DNA of 64,000 bases, from assembly GCA_963813155.1 (NCBI GenBank), contig CAWEYG010000002.1, forward strand, positions 352,001 to 416,000, read 5' to 3'. The notes under the pieces were generated by a model. The model had not been told where the DNA came from and searched no databases. It saw only the letters and a list, made by a program, of their open reading frames with translations. This stretch comes from an uncultured Acidobacteriota bacterium. Lineage in GTDB: Bacteria; Acidobacteriota; Thermoanaerobaculia; UBA5066; DATFVB01. A program made the translations under genes and the position numbers. The stretch's first letter is position 1, and every line of letters begins with the position of its first letter. Shown piece by piece: positions 60,612-64,000 of this stretch.

Positions 60612-62237
60612 CTAGGCGTGAACTCCGGGGGCTTCCCGTCCTGTCCGGGCCACGTACTCCGAGTAAGACCCCGGGTAGAGATGCGGCGGCTCGTCTCCTC
60701 CGATCTCGAGAACCCGGTTCGCGAGGCCTCGCAGGAAAACCCGGTCGTGGGAGACGAACAGCATCGTGCCCTCGAAATCGGCGAGCGCCGACACGAGCAT
60801 CTCCTTCGTCGCGAGATCGAGATGGTTCGTCGGCTCGTCGAGCACGAGGAAATTCGGCGGATGGAACAGCATCCTCGCGAGCACGAGCCGCGACCGTTCG
60901 CCCCCCGAGAGGGCGCGGATCGGCTTGTCCACCTCGTCGCCCGAGAACTGGAAGGCGCCGAGGAGGCTCCTCGCCGCCGAAACGCTCTCCATGGGGAAGT
61001 CCTTCTCGACCTGTTCGAGGACCGTCAATTCGGGGTCGAGGAGCTCCAGCGCCTGCTGCGCGAAGTATCCGAGCGTGAGGCTCGCCCCGAGCTTGACGGC
61101 GCCGGCGTCGGGCCGCAGCGCTCCCGCCGCCATTTTCAGAAGCGTCGTCTTGCCCGCGCCGTTCCGGCCCATGACGCACCAGCGTTCCCCGCGCCGCACG
61201 AGGAAATCGAAGTCGGAATACAGCCGCCGTTCGCCGTAGGCTTTCGAGATCTTTGAGAGCGACAGGACCTCGTCGCCCGACCGCGCCGGCCGCCGAAAGT
61301 CGAACTTCACCGACTGGCGGCGGCGCGGCAGCTCGATGGTCTCGATCTTTTCGAGCTTCTTGACCCGGCTCTGGACCTGGGCCGCCTTCGCCGCGTGCGC
61401 GGAAAACCTCTCGATGAACCGCTGCTCCTTCGCGAGCATGGCCTGCTGGCGCGCGTGCGCGGCCTCCCGCTGCGTCTCGCGGAGCTGCCTTTCGCGCTCG
61501 TAGAAGTCGTAGTCGCCGGAGTACGCGATGAGCTCGCCGCCGTCGATCTCGACGATCCTGTTCACGACCCGGTTCATGAAGTCGCGGTCGTGGCAGGTCA
61601 TCAGCAGCGACGCCGGACTGGCCCGAAGGAATTGCTCGAGCCAGAGGATCGATTCGATGTCCAGGTGATTCGTCGGCTCGTCCATCAGGAGCACGTCGGG
61701 TTTGCCGAGCAGCACCTTCGCCATCGAGACGCGCATCTTCCAACCGCCGGACAGCGCTCCCGCGTCGCCGTCGATCGCCACGTCCTCGAAGCCGAGCCCG
61801 TGGAGCACCTCGCGGGCGCGCGCTTCGAGCTCGTAGCCGCCGCGGTGCTGGTATTCCTCCTGCACCTCGCCGAAGCGCGCGAGGATGCTCTCCTGCTCGT
61901 CCGGGCGGTCGGGCGCCGACATCGCGTGCTGGAGCGACTCCAGCTCGTGGTGGAGGTCGCCGAGCCGTCCGCTTCCGGCGATCGCCTCGTCGAGCACCGA
62001 CCGGCCCGACATTTCGTCGATCTCCTGGCGGAAATAGCCGAGAGTCAGCTTCTTCGGAACCGACACGTCGCCGTCGTCGGCGTGTTCCTCGCCCGTGATC
62101 ATCCGGAAAAGCGTCGTCTTGCCGGAACCGTTCGGGCCGACGAGGCCGACCTTCTCTCCGGGATTCAGCTGGAACGACGCGTCCACGAAAAGGATCTGGC
62201 GGCCGTACTGTTTGAAAATCTTGGCGAATGAAATCAC
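60612..62237 (-). CDS. ABC-F family ATP-binding protein
   Basis: Two ABC domains (GPNGSGKTT/LSGGW and GRNGAGKTT/LSGGE), DEPTNHLD twice, no TM segments. Confidence 0.93.
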   Translation of the reverse strand: MISFAKIFKQYGRQILFVDASFQLNPGEKVGLVGPNGSGKTTLFRMITGEEHADDGDVSVPKKLTLGYFRQEIDEMSGRSVLDEAIAGSGRLGDLHHELESLQHAMSAPDRPDEQESILARFGEVQEEYQHRGGYELEARAREVLHGLGFEDVAIDGDAGALSGGWKMRVSMAKVLLGKPDVLLMDEPTNHLDIESILWLEQFLRASPASLLMTCHDRDFMNRVVNRIVEIDGGELIAYSGDYDFYERERQLRETQREAAHARQQAMLAKEQRFIERFSAHAAKAAQVQSRVKKLEKIETIELPRRRQSVKFDFRRPARSGDEVLSLSKISKAYGERRLYSDFDFLVRRGERWCVMGRNGAGKTTLLKMAAGALRPDAGAVKLGASLTLGYFAQQALELLDPELTVLEQVEKDFPMESVSAARSLLGAFQFSGDEVDKPIRALSGGERSRLVLARMLFHPPNFLVLDEPTNHLDLATKEMLVSALADFEGTMLFVSHDRVFLRGLANRVLEIGGDEPPHLYPGSYSEYVARTGREAPGVHA

Positions 62238-62383
62238 GGAGCGCGGACGATATCACGCGGGGTCCGAGCCCCGAATCGGCCGCCCGGCAAGGCGCTCCGC
62301 TCGGCAAGTCTTCTCGCGCCTCGGCCGCAGTTCGCTTTCCCTCGGCAGCTCGAAGACCAGCCTGCGCGGAGCGCCCTCGAGGT

Positions 62384-63178
62384 CTAGAACGTGCCCTGGA
62401 GGAGCCCTCCGTCCACGGCGAGCGAAACACCGGTGAGATAGCTCGCCCGGTCGCTGCAGAGGAACGCGGCGACCGCCCCGATCTCGGGCGGTTCGGCCGA
62501 GCGGCGGAGCGGAATCGTCTGCGAAGAGCGCTGCTCGTATTCCTCGACGGAGATCCCCGCCTCCCGCGAGCGGATCGCGGCGAGCTCGATCTGCCGGTCG
62601 GTCTTCACATAGCCGGGCAGCAGGGCGTTGACGAGGATCCCGTCCGGCGCGAGCTGGTTCGCCATCGTCTTCGTGAGGGCGGAAATCCCGGCCCGCAGGG
62701 TGCTGCTCACGGTCAGGATGTCCGACGGCTGTTTCGCGACGAAGGAGGTGATGTGGAGGATACGGCCGTGTTTCTTTTCCCGCATGCCCGGGATCACGAG
62801 CTTCGAGGTCCGGATCACGTTCAGGAGAGTGAGCTGAATGCCCTCGGTCCACTGCTCCTCGGAGAGATCCAGGAAGCGCGCCGCGGGCGGGCCTCCCGTG
62901 TTCGTCACGAGGATGTCGACGGAGCCGAGCGTTTTGGCCGTCTCGGCGTGCCAGCGCTCCAGCTCTTCGGCCTTCCGAACGTCGGTCGGGAAAGCGAGGA
63001 CTTCGCCGGAAGGATAGCGGGACCGCATCGCGTTCCTGGCGGTCTCGAGCGATTCCTTCCCGCGAGCGGAGATCGAAACGCGGCACCCCTCGGCGAGGAG
63101 AGCCTCCGCGATCGCGCGCCCGATCCCCTTGCTCGCCGCCGCCACCATGGCGACCCGGCCCTGAAGTCCGAGATCCAC
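62384..63178 (-). CDS. Short-chain dehydrogenase/reductase
   Basis: MDLGLQGRVAMVAAASKGIG, NTGGPP, SSTLR, VDGG. Confidence 0.9.
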   Translation of the reverse strand: MDLGLQGRVAMVAAASKGIGRAIAEALLAEGCRVSISARGKESLETARNAMRSRYPSGEVLAFPTDVRKAEELERWHAETAKTLGSVDILVTNTGGPPAARFLDLSEEQWTEGIQLTLLNVIRTSKLVIPGMREKKHGRILHITSFVAKQPSDILTVSSTLRAGISALTKTMANQLAPDGILVNALLPGYVKTDRQIELAAIRSREAGISVEEYEQRSSQTIPLRRSAEPPEIGAVAAFLCSDRASYLTGVSLAVDGGLLQGTF

Positions 63179-63191
63179 TTTGCGCCGTCCT

Positions 63192-64000
63192 CTATCTCGA
63201 CGACGTCGGGGCCGCCGGCGCGTAGCTGATTTTTCGTTCGATCGAGCCCTCGAACGGCTTTCCGTCGACTTCCGCGTAGGGATACACGAAATAGTTCAGC
63301 GGCGGGCCCGCCTGCCGCGGCTCGAGCGTCAGGTCGCGCCCGGTGCTGAAACGGATTCGATTCGCGTCCAGGCTGCCGAAGAAGTAGTCGTGCTTCGCCG
63401 GCGCTTTCCAGGCCTCGGAGATGTCGACCGGAACCCAGCCCGTCTTGTCCAGGTAGAACTCCGCCCAGCAGTGGTATCCGGCGATTTCGCCCGCCGGCGC
63501 CTCGGCGAGCGGAAACCCGATCTCGAACCGCGCCGGAATTCCCTGGGCTCGCATGAGCGAGATGAACACGGAATGGAAATCGGTGCAGTTCCCGCGTCGG
63601 GAATCGCACGCCCACAGGGAGTCCCCGCGGCCCCAGCCTTCGCCTGACTTGTCGTATTTCATCGTCCGAAAGACGTAGTCGTAGATCGCGCGAGCTTTCT
63701 CGAGGGGCGAGACCTTCCCGGCCGTGATCTCGTCGGAGAGCTGGCGAAACTTCCCGTCGATCGGAACGAGCCGGTCGGCCCGGAGATACCGGCCGAGGTC
63801 CTGCGGCCTCGCGGCGGCGCTCGACGCTCCCGAGGCCGGTCCCGCCGAATATTCGCGGCGGCTCGCGCGAAAACCGAGGCGGAACCGAACGTCGGCGCGC
63901 GACGGGTCCGGAGACCTCGACGTAGAGCGATTCGTTGCCGTATTCCGGGTCGGTCGTCCGCCGCGTCGCGACGGCGCTCGTCACGCTCTTCAGCTCGACG
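63192..64000 (-). CDS. Transglutaminase-like domain protein, 5' end outside window
   Basis: GNCTDFH...GIPARF...YHCWAEFY...WVPVD (Cys/His/Asp-type triad). Confidence 0.87.

Overview
GC-rich bacterial chromosome segment. The gene content (PadR + ADOP permease, kinase-TPR fusion, YfhO, IPTL-CTERM protein, class D sortase) suggests an Acidobacteriota, probably Thermoanaerobaculia-like; this is an inference. Many otherwise intact genes carry single-base frameshifts, consistent with an unpolished long-read assembly. A tRNA-Ala(CGC) at 3757-3833 is the target of a ~15.5 kb island closed by an exact 45-bp copy of the tRNA 3' half (19298-19342). The island encodes no visible integrase but keeps P2-type arm repeats (TGTCCACA pairs) at three places, two with IHF-like sites. 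It carries a Ser/Thr kinase, a chromate-resistance/MacAB operon and a sigma54-activator module, and is followed by cassette-like small genes and a kinase 5' remnant. The best candidate for an undescribed system is at 23484-25714: ECF sigma factor, then a soluble zinc-finger anti-sigma/TPR protein, then a 71-aa secreted propeptide and a terminator. This layout resembles an RRNPP peptide-signalling module wired to sigma release in a diderm, and it sits beside a minimal hemocyanin-like dicopper protein. The remainder is mostly housekeeping or envelope genes, plus tandem Phi-1/EXORDIUM-like paralogs behind a CRP-type box, a degenerate ABC ATPase, a sortase-peptidase-ATP-grasp operon and a possible RNA switch before an IPTL-CTERM gene. 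All family calls come from motif recognition by eye, not from database searches.
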